Below are positions 10,828 to 24,566 of a stretch of DNA of 64,000 nucleotides, piece after piece. Made by a program: the position numbers and the translations under genes. Origin of the DNA: Geosiphon pyriformis uo1 (taxonomy: Eukaryota > Fungi > Glomeromycota); the NCBI GenBank assembly GCA_016748015.1, contig JAAOMT010000295.1, positions 186,001 through 250,000 on the forward strand, given 5' to 3'. Numbering within the stretch: the stretch's first letter is position 1; each line of letters starts with the position of its first letter. The notes below the pieces were generated by a model. That model saw only the letters and a program-made list of their open reading frames with translations, was not told where the DNA came from and did no database searches.

Positions 10828-13125
10828 TCACCACCAAGAATGATAAAAGAAGACTTGTTTACAGCTTTAGCAATAAGAAAATTAATCTTACCAGCTTGGG
10901 AAAAATGAACTGCAGAAGAGACACCAGCATAGAGCCCCAAAATTGAAACAGAAAGTTTATTTTTAAAGAGCAACTTAATAGAGAGGAGCCAACCAGGTAC
11001 CTCAGACACCTTATATATATGTCTTGTCAAAAAATTGTCTATGATTACAGCAATACCCAAATCCAAATAACCAGAGTTCATATCTGAAGTAAACACATAG
11101 ATACTACTAAATTTGTCAACAATCCATGGACAGATTTTCTCTCTTAGCTTTGTTTCCATGAAAATTTAAACCAAATTATTCATGTTCTTATGTCAATGCA
11201 CAATATTTTCTTGTTTAGTTAGATTGTTTATACCTCTAACATTGCATGTAACAATCTTTCAAACTAGACTGGTCATTGAAAAGAAGGATTGGGAAATGTG
11301 CCACCAGCCAAAATCAAACCATCAAATCTTGCTGTCAGACTCAAAACCAAAGCAGAAAGTCTTTCCAATATGATTTCTAGTCTTTTTACTTTAAAAAAGA
11401 CAAAAGAGACTAATTTCACAGCAGTCTTACCACCAGTAGTCCCACCCAAATTCTTTCCCATCACTATATTACCCATTTGATCCTATAATAGAAGAATTAT
11501 TAACAGCTGACATCCAAAGCTAGGCTGAGAAACTGCTGACATAAATGAATCCAACCTCTTAGCCAACTCACTAAATTGTCCTGTGAGACTAGTAAGACTG
11601 CTTTCCAAAATAGTAAACCTTTTTTCAATATCAACTATAACAGACAGAGTAGGCTTCATCTCCAAAGAGAAGCCAGAATTGATCAAACTACTATGCATAG
11701 AGAGAGAAGAAAACAAAGATTCACCAGCAATTTTTGCCCAAGACACTTTACCAAAAGCAACAGGACAAGCAACAGGAGCTGAATGTTTAACATAGATGAT
11801 AGCCAGTCTGCTTTTATCCAAGTTTAAGAGTGTCCTATAAGAAGATCTTCCAAAGAAAAGATTCTCACCCACAGAACAGTTTAACAATATATGACCCACT
11901 TTTTCATACTTAGCATACTTAGAAAAACCTAAATGAGACCAGTGCAGATTCACACCCCTTAATACTGAAGTAGTTCCCATAATGACATCCAAGAATTTGG
12001 CTGTTTCAAAACAAACAACAGCACATCTGACCTAAACATATATAACTGGATAATGATTGATCACACATGTTTTTCCACCCACAGAACTAATAAAGTCCCA
12101 GATATCATGAGCATTTGTTCCTATTGGCAGAGTATAGAGCAGCACCCTATGATGATCTTTTACATCTCATGATTCTTTATCTTAATCAGTCCTGACTACA
12201 TATACAGCATTCTTCCCAATTAGAATAAACCAACAAGCCGTGACCAAATCAGTCTGTTCAACCTTATCAAATTTAACTACAGCTTTTTGCCACAAACTCA
12301 CCAATTGTATTTTAATTAATACTACTGTACCAAATTCAAATAGCGCAGTGTACACAGCCTCAGCCAAAGTTTCAATAGGAATTTTCTTTATTATCACAGT
12401 CTGATCTGAGTGCTCAGATGATTTTTTGAGATCAGTGTTCACTGAGATCTTCACTTCTCCAGCTTTTTTAGAAGCTTGCACCAAACTTAATTCGAAAATG
12501 AATATCACTCTAATGATCCCAGCAAATTTTGAGAGGGTAGAGGCCCCCCCAAAACCATTGATTTTTGAAAACAACTTTCTAATTACCATAAGCTTTTCTT
12601 GAGCAGATTTCTCAACAACATTGTCCAAACTGATGTTCAGAGCAAAAAATTTTCTAACAAAAATATTGACTAAGTTTTTCAAATAGGGGAGAGAACCACA
12701 GATTTGTCCAAAAGAATGTCATTATCATCATTGCCCAAGAAATCAATTTTTTCTAATGGTTTACCCAAAGCTCTCTTGATCTAAATTTTCAAACTCTTAG
12801 GAGTTTGTTTCAAGTCTTTACCAGCAAGAATGTCACTTTTCCCATAATTAAAGCTGGTCTCTTCAACCAAAAATTTTTCCTCTATGTCCACACTATCTGA
12901 TTCAGTGGTATTACCTGTCTTAGAACTCTATGAATAACCATTTGACATCTTAATAGCAGCAAATTTCCTATTACCTATATTATCCTCTAAAGCACCACCC
13001 CTCCTTTTTTTTCTAGACTTAGTAGACTTAACACTAATGTTAAAACCAGACTTTATGATAAACTTGTTTAGAATGACAATACTAGAGCCAATAGTGGTCT
13101 TGTAATCAAGCAAAAACAGTTTAAA
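10828..13125 (-). mobile_element. LINE 5' part (ORF1 with zinc knuckle, start of ORF2 AP endonuclease), cut by element B at the GGDFN motif
   Basis: ORF1 fragments 12182-12682, 11483-11992, 11273-11476; ORF2 start KIVTCNVRG, METKL, SILGLYAG, IILGGD. Homologous to 60666-64000. Confidence 0.9.
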
Positions 13126-13139
13126 TATTTAATACTATT

Positions 13140-14990
13140 TTTAAGATTAAATTGGCTTGCTTAATTTTTTGTTTTATTTGTTATTTGGTTTTATTAAATT
13201 TAAATTGGTTTTAAAAAATAATATCAAGTTGTTTTATATAAATTTTGCTTTTAAAGCTTTTTTAATTGTTATTATTATTATAAAAGTGTTTTTTTAATAT
13301 ATTGATTATTAATATTTCTATTTTAATTGCAATTAATTTTTTATGAGTTTTTTAATTTTATTTATATAATGATATTAATATTATACTAAAGACTTTTTTT
13401 TGAAGTTACAATATAAGTTATTTTTTAAATTTTAATTATTATGTATATTTATGTATTTTTTTTAGAAATTAATTTGAAATTTATTTATAATAAAATTTTC
13501 TTTAAAATTATTTTTTTAAAAAATTTAATTAATAAATAATAGTTTTATTTAATAAATGTTATTAGTAAGTTTTTTAATACTTTTAATTATAATAATTCAG
13601 TTTTTAATATTATTTCTTATTTTTTTGAATATTTATTTAAATATAAAGACTAAAATATAATTAAAGTAAAAATAAAATTATTGAAATTAAAATTGTTATA
13701 TAAATTATTTGTTAAAATTAAATTGTTATTTTTTTTAATATTAAAACTATTATATATATATAATTTTATAAAAAAACATATTATAATACTTTTTATTATT
13801 ATTATAAAATAGTACTTACTACTATTATATTAATTATTATTTTTTTAAAATTATTATTATTATTATTAATTTTTTTGGTTTAATTATACTTAAGATTGTA
13901 AAATTTTTTGTAATAATATTTACTTTTTTTATTTTTTATTTTTATTACACTTTATAATATTTTTTTTCATATATTTTTTAATAATATTAAAATTATTTTT
14001 GGTGTTTTTAGTATTATTATTTTATTAAGTTAAAATCTATTAGCTTGTATTAATATATTGTGGTTTATTTTAAAAAAAAATTTGTTGTTATTATTTTTGT
14101 TTACTGGTTTGTATTGATTAAAAAAAACAGTATTAAAATTTTTTTTACTTAATCAAAAAAATTATTGTTTTATATAATACTTATAAAACCAAATTAATCA
14201 ACTTTTTTTTTAGTTATACTGTTTTTAAAATTAATAATTATATTTGTTTTATTTTTTATTTTTTTTATTTTTATTATTATTAATTTTTTGTTGTTATAAT
14301 ATTTAATTTTTTAAAGGTTTTAAGTTTTATTGTTTTAAAAATAAGTACTTTATACAAATATTATATTTAATAAAAAAACTCTTAAATGTTATTGTTACTA
14401 TAAATATCAAAATTTGAAATATTTATTTATAGATTATAAGATGTATTTGTTTTTTTTAAGTTTATTAACAGGTTTAAAATTTTGGTTTATTTTTTATTAA
14501 TATAAAATTTTATATTAAAGCTATTGTCTTTTTGTTTTTTTTACTATTGTACTATTGATTTTATTTGTTATTATATTTGCTGTTAATTTTATAATTGGCT
14601 TTAAACTAGACTTTTTAGAATTTTAGATTTCAAATTTAACTGTATTAATTAAATTTGTTGTTAAATTTATTGATTTTTTAATTATTTTAATTATTTTTTT
14701 TTGGTTAAAAATATATATAAAATATTAAAATAAAAAAAATTTGGCTATTATAATAATTGTTAAAAACTTTATTAATTTTTTAGTTAATTTATTTAAAAAC
14801 TTATTTAAATTTAAAGCTAAGATAAAATTTAATAATATAAATAAAAATAAAATTAGTATTATTAAAGTATTTTCTTTAAGTAATAAAATTAATAATTATT
14901 TAGTTGTTTTATAATAAATATATAATTTTAATATTAAAAGTAATATTAAATATACAGTTTTATTAAAAATAATTTTACTTAAAAGTTAAA
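13140..14990. other. Extremely AT-rich, unassignable decayed repeat relic
   Basis: Almost no G/C and no ORFs; texture resembles the most decayed elements elsewhere. Origin could not be established. Confidence 0.35.
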
Positions 14991-15006
14991 AAAATAAAAA
15001 TTTAAG

Positions 15007-18000
15007 CTTTTTCTCTCCTATGTCCCAAAATTTTCAAGGAGCTTATTTTCAAAAAAAATGTTTTTTTTATTTTTTCTGGTTTTTATTTCAATATTTTTCA
15101 AGAATTAAACTTTTTTATAATTAAATTGGCTGTTATTATAAGTGGTTTTTTAGCTAAAAAAAGACCAGTTAGAGTTTTAGCTTTAGGTTTAGTCAATAGA
15201 AGTTTGACTCAGAAATAAAAAACTTTACTTGGCAAAATTAAACATTTTGGTGATAAAGCAAATTTGAGTTTTGGTAAGTCAAAATGCATTATTGGTTAGT
15301 TTAATGTAATAAAAACAGATGATAATACTTTTGGGTTGATTTACTCAAGTAATAATACTGGTTATAAGACTGAAGATAAAGACAAAAAAATGTTTGATTC
15401 TAAGACAAATATCCTTAAGGCAAAGTGGATTAATACTGATATTGTTTTTGGTTTCTTAATCAGTTTTTCCAATTTTAATATAAATAACAATGATGTTTTT
15501 CTTTTTTTTTACTTATCTATCTCTCTAAACAAGAAGTAGATTAACCTAAAGGTTACCAAAACTCAGGTAAATATACCTGTCAAGAAATTTTTTGCTTTGA
15601 ACATTAATTTGTTAATAGTAAATAGCAAATTAGTTACAGCTAAGACTCAGTTTATTAAAAAATTATTCTCAATAGTTAATAGTTTTAAGAGGATTACTAT
15701 TCTCTCAAAATTTAAAAAGATTATCAGATCTATGTTTACTTTAAAAGAAAACATAAAAAAGACTGCGTTATTAACCAGAAAAAATAGCATTATAATAAAC
15801 AATAATCTCAAAAGACAAAAATTTCATTCAAATCAGATTGTAGTAATTAAAAAAAATTTTATAGATATACCAAAAAAAATAATTATTACTACAGTATTTA
15901 AATTTGAACAAATTAAGTCAATCAAATTACAACTAATTGAAATATGACAAAAGACTGTGGTAGAATTTGCCAAATCAAATTAGACAGATCAATTGGTTAA
16001 AAAATAGTTGTTTCTAATTGAAAAAAATTTGGTACATGTAGTCAAGACTGTGGAAAATCATAAAATTTGGGCATTTAGGGCACTTTTGTTTATCTTGTTT
16101 ATGAGAATAACAGCTTATAATCTGGGCACTCTATTGGAAAAAACTAATAAGAAAACTTGTATTATTAATTATTTACTTAAAACTGGTAACCATATTTACT
16201 GTACTGTAGTTAGTTTCGAATTAAAAAAGAAATTGGAGTCTGTTTTTTGCACAAAGCTGATTTTTGGTAATGTGAAACTTTTATGGACTAAGTTGAATTT
16301 GGTTTAGTATAAAAAGTGTAAAAAGTTTGGTCATTCTGCTTTAAAATATAATATGTCAAATACATTTACTTTTATATCTTTAAAAATAATTAAGAAAGTT
16401 GTTTCTAATATAAATTACATTTGGCTTAACAAGTTATATGCAAAAAAATGTGTTTTAATCTTTTATTCTGCTGTTTTTAATGGCAAATTTTGGGCTCAAG
16501 TGGTTTTGCTTGCTGTTTCTTCTGATAATTTTTACTTTGGTTTTGGTTCTGGTTTCCCTTCTCTTTCTGGTATGCCACATATTAAAAGAGGTATTTAGCT
16601 ATTCAAGATAATTTATCTATTGCCACTTACCTGACCACTTTGAAACATTCCTTAAAGTTGTTAGCTGACCAAGTATTGAATATTATTAAGAGATTGAATA
16701 TTGTTAACTTAATATTATAAGTGTTTATCTTTCAAACTTTTTTTTATATTGCATCTGTACTTTTGGTTTCAGATTCAAATTTGAATATGGTTTTGGATGT
16801 TTTACAAGAGCTTCTTGCAACTCCTTCTTTAATTATGATTAATATAACTTTAGTTTTAAATTTAAGTAATTTGAAAGTCTTAACCACCAAAATAAACAGT
16901 TTAGAGTCAAAGTTATTGGCTTTTGATGTTTCTGTAGATTCAGTTTTGGTAAAGTTAAATCAGTTGTGTGTTAGTTTGAATTAATTAGCATTTTTTTTTT
17001 CTTAATAAGTGATTTTATTTGGAAGATTGCTATGTGTAATATTCAAAAGATAAACAATTTGTCTAAACAAAAAGATATAATTAAGTGGCACAATGAGTTT
17101 GGTAATTGGATCTTTTTTTTTATTAAAACTAAGCTAAAAGATCAAGTTAGATCTTGAATTAAGAATAGATTTCAGGATGTAAAAGTTTTTGTTTCTGGTT
17201 TGGATACTGAATACATAAGTGCTGAAATGGCAATTTTAATAAACAATTTCTTGGCTTAACATATGTTTAAAGTCTCTGAAATTTTAAGTAATCTTATTTT
17301 AATAGATTTGCTATTTAACAATAAATATTCTGTAATACTAATAGATTTATATAGAAGTGCTTTGGCTAATATGCAATTTGATTAGGCCAACAAAGTAAAC
17401 TTTTTTATTGCTAAGGTAATAAATTTGAACTTTTATGTTGTTTTGGGTAAAAATTTTAATAAAAATAGAAAAAAATACAGTGTAAGTTTCAAAAAATATT
17501 TTGATCTGAGTTTATGCAACTTTTTTTCAAGTAGAATGGCTTCTAAGCTTTTAACATAATCTAATTCACAAGGTGTAATGAAAACCATTGACTATATTTT
17601 TATTAGTAAATATTTCTTATTTTCTGTAATAATTTAAAGTGTTAATAGTGTGTCTGAGTTTTTTAATACTGACCACAAGACTATTATAATATCTTTTGGC
17701 CTAGATGGTTTATTAGACAAATGTTTGCTTGCAATTTGTAAACAAGCTAATAAAGATCATTAAAAGTTTAAAATTAAAAATATGAATAAAGCTAAATAGA
17801 TTAATTTTTAAGAGTGTATTTTTACCAGTCTATTAAAAGTTGTAAATAGTTTTGATAATGCTAGTAATCTTAGTAATTTGGATACTATGTAAAATATTTT
17901 GAAAGGAGTAATAGTAAACTCAACAGATAAGATTTTTTCTAAACACTAATACAATAAGTTTAAATGTACAAGAAATAATTAATCTTCAGATTTCATAATT

Positions 18001-18480
18001 TGGAGTTACTAGTCTCAAAAATTATAAAGAAAGTAAGTGTAAATTATAAGTCTAAATATAATTTTTTTATCAGAATATGGTTTACTCTTGATAATTAAAG
18101 TTGAAATTTTGGTTTGTGATAATAAAAATACAAATAAAATATTAAAGCAGTTATTTTTAATCAAAAAAAGCTATAGGAAATTGAAATATTATAAATCTAA
18201 AACAGCTGAGAACACAGCTATCAAAAAAGTAATTGAGAAAAAAATAGACAATTTTAGTTTGAACAAAGGTGGCATGATAAGAAGTATTTGAAATAATCTT
18301 TTTATAAAGTTGTTTTGAATTATTTAGTAATTGGTAACAAATTAGTTTTAAAGCCAAACAAGGTAAAGCTTAGAATAAATGAAATTATGATAGATTGAAT
18401 AAGGAACATAAGGTGTCATTAATGCTTTCTGCTATATGGTTTTATTAATATGCACTATTAAGTTATATTAATAAAAACGT
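15007..18480 (+). mobile_element. LINE copy, left part (5' UTR, ORF1, endonuclease), interrupted by element C
   Basis: 5' end resembles 60666; ORF1 fragments 15597-16984; ORF2 start IWKIAMCN near 17005-17040; frame rejoins at 43005. Confidence 0.88.
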
Positions 18481-19289
18481 TGTTACAGATGATTATTTGG
18501 GGTCTCAAATCAAATAACAAATCTGTAATTTGGTGCTTGATTGATCATGTTGTTGGTAATATCTGAAGGTGTTGTTTATCTGAAGGTTTTGTTGTGGAGT
18601 CCTTTGTATAATAAACAGAGATTCAATGGTTGTCTTTTCAGTAGTCTCCCAGAATTGCAATTCCATCAAATTTTTTTCTTAGTGTGATGACCAGTAATCT
18701 TGGCAAAGATGCTTTTCTGATAAGCTATTCTTAAACTCTCAATTCTTATACCCTTTCTTTGGGGTTTTTTATCAGGCTATCCGTGATGTCAATAACTCAG
18801 CACTTAATTTTCAAGTAATTAGTAAAACAAAAGAGATAACAAAAACAAAAGAAATTTAAAAGAAATAACCCAAGACAATGAATGTTAATATCCCATCAAT
18901 AGCCGTAATCAAGAGCTATTATTTCAATAAAATTAAGTATCAATTACTATCAACATGAAGTGTTAATAGTAGAGAATAGATTAAAATAGTGAATAATTAT
19001 TTATTTGTGATGTGGAAGATTGCTTAGATCAATTCTAAACAGAAAGGTCTCTAACTAAAAAATTCTGTCTTTTCTACTTCTAGCACTACCACTATATATA
19101 CATAATTGAGATTCCTCAATTCCTCAATTTTTCACATCAGGAATCCTGTGATTCTTTGTACAAGAATTCTGAAATTCCTAGAATCCTGCAATTCCTCTTG
19201 AGAGGAATTCTGGAATTTCACATTTACTACAGCTACTTCTGATTGGCTAATTTATATGCTAATATACTCTCTATGTTCTATGAGTAATA
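18481..19289 (-). repeat. 3' LTR of element C
   Basis: TGTTACA start, GTAATA end, PPT adjacent; matches 42182-43004. Confidence 0.92.
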
Positions 19290-19303
19290 TTATTCTCTTC
19301 TTT

Positions 19304-19942
19304 TTAATATTGAGCTCTGTTAAAATTTTCCAAATCTCCTAACTTTAATTCTCTGTCTTTGAGTATTTCTTGAACTTCTTTTTCGAGAATTACTTGAGTT
19401 ATTTTGTTCTGTAATTCTTCAAATTGGGTGTTGTTTATTTTTTTTATTTGGTTAACTGTAATGGAATCCATTTCTGGATTGAGTAAGATTTTCAGTCTGT
19501 CTTGAAATCCAGCATGCAATTGATAGATGGCTTTTGCTTGTGTTGTTAGATTGTTCTTACCCACAAATTGTTCCAGTTGTTGCAATATTGTTGTGTCAAA
19601 TAATTGTTTTGTTTTATCTGTATATAAGTTTTGAATATTCAAGTGTTGTTCCAAGTGGAAATAACAAAAGTTTCTTGGAAATTTGTGTATCCACCATTTC
19701 CAAGTTTCTTTGATCAACTCTTGATATGTAATGACAATTGTTGGTTCTTCTATTGCTAATTTTATTTTTAGAACCATTTTGTCAATAATGTTTTCTGTTT
19801 TTTTTTGACTTTTATATTTGGATATCTTTCTGGTATCTCAGTATTTAATGGTTTGTTGATTAATAGTAATTTCTATATTCTGTTGTTGAATCAATTGGAA
19901 GAGTTGTTGTGCTAGTAAGTAAATGTTGTCAATGATTTCCAT
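19304..19942 (-). pseudogene. Accessory ORF3 of element C (about 212 aa, one internal TGA)
   Basis: ATG at 19942 gives MEIIDNIYLLAQQLFQLIQQQNIEITINQQTIKY*DT, in frame with ORF 19304-19777; stop abuts the PPT. Confidence 0.8.
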
Positions 19943-19996
19943 TTTTCTGCTGTCTTCCATCACATCTACCATGTCTTTTTATATTTTTTTATTGGT

Positions 19997-21377
19997 TCAA
20001 TTCGACGTGTTTAGTTCAATAATTATTATTGATTCTAAATCTCATGAAATCTCATCTGGTTGGACTAGTACTTGTTGTATTCCTAATTGTGAAATATTAC
20101 TGGTAGATAATGATACTATATGATAATATAATTTCAATCGATTATTATGTGCTACTTTGATTAAGATTTTGTTGTTTAACCTTAATTTATAAGCTCTATT
20201 TCCAAGAACTTTTTCTATGTAAAATGGTCTGTCCCACTTGGGGTCAAATTTTTCACTTTATTGTTTTTCTGCTTTAGTACAATGTAGAAGCACTTTGTCT
20301 CCAATCTTGAATTCAACTGGTTTATCTGGTAGTTGGTTATCTTGTCTTTCTTTTTGTTTCTCTTGTGACTTTTAGATGTTATCAGCTGCTTTTCACTGTT
20401 TGTTTTCTAGTGTCTCTATTAAGTCATATGTTCTTCTTAACAATGTTCTTTGGAAATTTTCTTTGTTATTGGTTCTGTTGAATATGTTTTGACTTCTATC
20501 TTAACTGGTAATGTTGCTGTTCTACTATATACTAGTTCAAATAGTGTTGTTTGTATAGTGTCTTGTTTCATTGTTCAATAAGCAAATAATACTAATAGTA
20601 TAAACAAATCCTATTTGTCCTGGTTTTCTTGGCTGATTTTGACAATAGCTTTACACAATATTCTGTTAAACTTTTCAACTAGCCTATTTATTTGTGGATG
20701 ATATGATGATGATAATGGTCTTTTTATTCCAAATCTTTGACTTAATTCTGCTAATGTTCTATTCACAAAGTGAGTTCTTTGATCTGATAATAGTTTTTTT
20801 GAACATCTGTGTCAACATATCAAATCTTGATGAACAAATTCAGCAATGAATTCTGTATCTGCTTTTTGAATGGCTTTTGCTTCTGGCCATTTAGTAAGAT
20901 AGTCCATGACTACTGCAATATATCTGTTGTCTCTACTGGTAATGTTAATGGTTTGACTAAGTCAATTTTAATGCAATTAAATGGTTGCCCCACTTTGATT
21001 GGTCTCAATGGTTCACTCAGTCTTGCTCCTCCTTTTCTCTGACAAACATCACAATTCTGAACATATTGGATAATGTCTGAATACATTGATGGTCAATAGT
21101 ATCTTTTTCTGATTCTTTCTATCATTGCTTCTTTATGAAAATGTCCTGCTGTTGAATCTGAATGCATGTTGAATAATATTGTCTCTTTTTCTGGTTCTGT
21201 GATTACTCTGATTGGTTGGTCTAGATTCTTTTTATTTTTCCGATAAAGTATATTTTGGTGGTTGATAAAATATTTTAATTGTTGTTTTATGTTGTTTTGT
21301 TCTTTTTGAAATAATTTCTTCTTGAACAATTGAGTATTTATATAATGTTAGAGTTGTTAGTATTTTTGTATATTCAT
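19997..21377 (-). pseudogene. Integrase of element C (own ATG)
   Basis: ATG AAT at 21377; fragment 21093-21329 MHSDSTAGHFHK; colinear with D integrase. Confidence 0.88.
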
Positions 21378-21408
21378 TTTTTTGTTATATTTGTGGGTTG
21401 AAATGTTT

Positions 21409-24400
21409 TTAGATTTGTCTCATTCACAACAATCTGTCAGTATTTTCATTTTTTTTTCCCTTTTTATAATGTATTATATAATTAAATGGTAATAGTTCTA
21501 TTTTTTATCTGGCATGGTGATTGTCTGTAAACTCTTGTTTCTGAATTGAAGTCAATTTTTTGTGATTGGTATACACATCAAACTTTTGACTCAAGTATTC
21601 TTTCTATTTAATAACAGCCCAATGAATAGTTAAGTGTTCCAGTGCTGGAGTTCCATAGTTTTTTTCAGCTAAACTTAAGCTTCTACTGGCATATACTACT
21701 GGATGTTCTTGTCCATCTGATTCTTTCTGAGATAATACTGCTCCTAATGCTTGGCCAGATACATCAGTTGTGATTATGAATGGCTTGCTATGGTTTGGAT
21801 AGATTAGTACTGGAGCTTAAATAAGCTTTCTTCTTAATGTATCAAAAGCTTCTTGCTGAATTTCTGTTCATTTATAATTGGTGTTTTTTGTTTAGAGTTG
21901 GTGTAGTGGTTGAGTTATTTTAGAAAAGTTCTTGATAAAGCAGCAGTAGTACTCAGCAAATCCCAAAAATGCTCTTAGTTCTGTGAAATTATTTGGTACT
22001 AAAAAGTTCTTGACAATCTCAATCTTGTCTGGATCTGTTTTGATTCCGTTTTTGCTCACCATATGTTCCAAAAACTTGAGTTCAGTCTTCCCAAAGAAAC
22101 ATTTAGTTGTATTTAGCTTTAATCCAGCTCTTTTTAGCCTTTCAAACACTTGTTAGAAATGGTGCAGATGGTCATCAAATGTTTTTGAGAATACATTGGT
22201 GTTATCCAAGTATACAACTATGGATTTCCATAGTAGCTCAGTATAAACAATTTCTATAAGTCACTGAAAAGTGGCTGGAGCATTCATCAAGCCAAATGGC
22301 ATTACTTTAAATTCAAAGTTTTTTTCTTGAGTTGTAAAAGCCATTTTCTCTTTGTCTTCTGATTTTATGGTTACTTGCCAATAATTACTGTCTAAGTCTA
22401 AAGTTGAGAACCATTTTTTCCTCCCAAAAGTATTGAACAGCTCTTAAATCTTTGGAGTTGAATAGCTATCACTTTTGGTTACTCCATTCAATTTCCAGTA
22501 CTCCACACAAAAGCAGATTTTCCCATTTTTTTTATGGACTAGTACTATTGGTGATAACCATGGACTCATTGATGGTTGAATTAACCCATTGTTAAGCATC
22601 TGATTGATTTCTTAACAAATAATCTCATAACTGGCTGGTAGTACTTTGTATGCTCTTTGTTTGATTGGCATTGCATCTCCAGTTTTGATCTGGTGTTGGA
22701 TAATGTTAGTTCTGCCAAATTTATTTTCACTGGCAAAGATGTCATTAAAGTTGTTGAGCAATATCTTGAACTGCATACATTAAAGTAAATCCAAGTTTTC
22801 CATGTTCATCTGTTTTAACTGTTCTGGTTGAAGCAGATAACATTCTTTTCATCCATATATTGTTTGTGATATAATGTCTACATATCTGCACAGTTATGGA
22901 AAGTCTGGAATGGTGTCTGAAAGTTGGTCTTTAATTTTTGTGGTTAAGTATCTGATGGTGGTTCCTGCCAATATCTCAATGATATTTCCTGTGTTGTTGT
23001 AAATAGAGATTTTAATGTGACTGTAGTTCTTTGCTGGTATGTATAAGTTGACCAAATTAATTTCTCCTGATTTATACAGTGTTGCTTTTGCCTCAAAAAT
23101 CTGAACCTGATCCTTTACTTTTCTCTTTATGACTACTATGTACTGGTTATATGATAGAATGGAAATTGGTTGACAGGTGAAGATAATTTCTCCCTTGTCA
23201 ATAATTTTTTTCTCTGCCATATTACCTAATACATCTATTCTACCTGTTGATCTAAATCCTTGTATTCCTCTAACCATAATCTCTAACTTTTCCCTGTTTC
23301 CTACTGATACTAATTGAGCTATTTTCACCAGAGACAGAAATATTGCCTGTGCTATCTTTTTATTTGGTTCTATGACATAAGCCTTTTCTGAATTGTTTGT
23401 AGTATTGCAATGATATTTCTTACATATTCTGCATCAATTATTCCTTCTCTGATGTTAATTTCTCTTTTCACTAAACTATTCCTAAATGCTAGTTGAATTA
23501 TGGTTGTTGCTGGAATTTTTAATGCTATTTTGAGATCAATGCATGTGTGTGAGTGTGGTTCTAATTTGATGGTGTCCTTTCCTGGATATCTCAGATCAAA
23601 TCTGGCATCTGTATTATGCACACATTTTAGTATGATACCTTTATTGTTGTCACTATACCATCTGAATTTCTGTTTCTTGAAAAGATCAGGAAGTATAATG
23701 TATGTTTCAGGATTTGAATTGGAATCTGAATTACCATTATTTTTCTTGTCATATTGAGCAGAGCTAGAACTGTTGTTTTTGTTGTCATCATTGTTGGAGT
23801 TTGAATCAAGATTGAAAGTTGATTCCGATTCTGATGCACAGCTGTTTATTGGTTCCTCTTCTTCTGGAATCGTGTAGATCATGTGTGGTGGTGGATTGTA
23901 AATGAGATTACACTCATTACAATATTGAAAGTCACATGGAATTAAACAATAGTCACATAGTCTTGTATTTATTTCTTCCAACCATTGCTCTTGTTCCTCT
24001 TTAGTGGGTGCTAATTTCTGGTAGTGTTCATGAAATTGTTCTGGATTCAGGAGGTTTATGACTGGTTCTGGGTCCCAGTCAAGTTTTATAGGCTCTAGTA
24101 GGTTGTTTTTAATTTCTCTGATTTCTTCAGATGATGCTCCTTCTATTTTGTCGATTGTCATTTTCTATATTTTATTGTCATCATGTAGACAACTGTCCAA
24201 TCACTGTATGGTTCTTCTCCAAATGGCTTCTATTGGTATCCTTTTTCTAACCCAGTCACTAATAAGGATTATGTACTGACATGAAGCATTGTATGTTCTT
24301 CTTTGACCAGGAATGTTGTTTCATATTTCTTTGTTGAGTAATGTTTCTCCACAAGCTAGACAAGGTTCATTGTCCTATTTTTCTTGCTGTTTTGGTCATC

Positions 24401-24566
24401 CAAAACATTCTATAATACATGCGCAGCAGTAAAATTTAGTCACTGTTGAGTATTTCTCATTGTCACCATAGCATATGCCCATTGATGACAATTTTTTGTC
24501 ACAATCAATGCATATTAGCTTTGATCAACAATAGTGAAACTGTAGTAATATGGTATAGGTGTATAG
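21409..24566 (-). pseudogene. pol of element C, 3' part (Cys-rich domain, dUTPase, RT, RNase H)
   Basis: ORFs 23370-24161 (CDYC..CNEC, DARFDLRYPG, IIDAEY), 22894-23328 (RGIQGFRSTG), 21892-22149. Confidence 0.9.

Noticed and set aside
14985-15006. Target duplication for the split LINE (versus about 46338-46355)
   Set aside because: Both sides are A-rich and the similarity is not distinguishable from chance.
23500-23757. Recurrent antisense ORFs over dUTPase and protease (also 5969, 7580, 29559, 31349, 39780)
   Set aside because: Shadow frames of the same coding sequence with variable ends and no independent motif.
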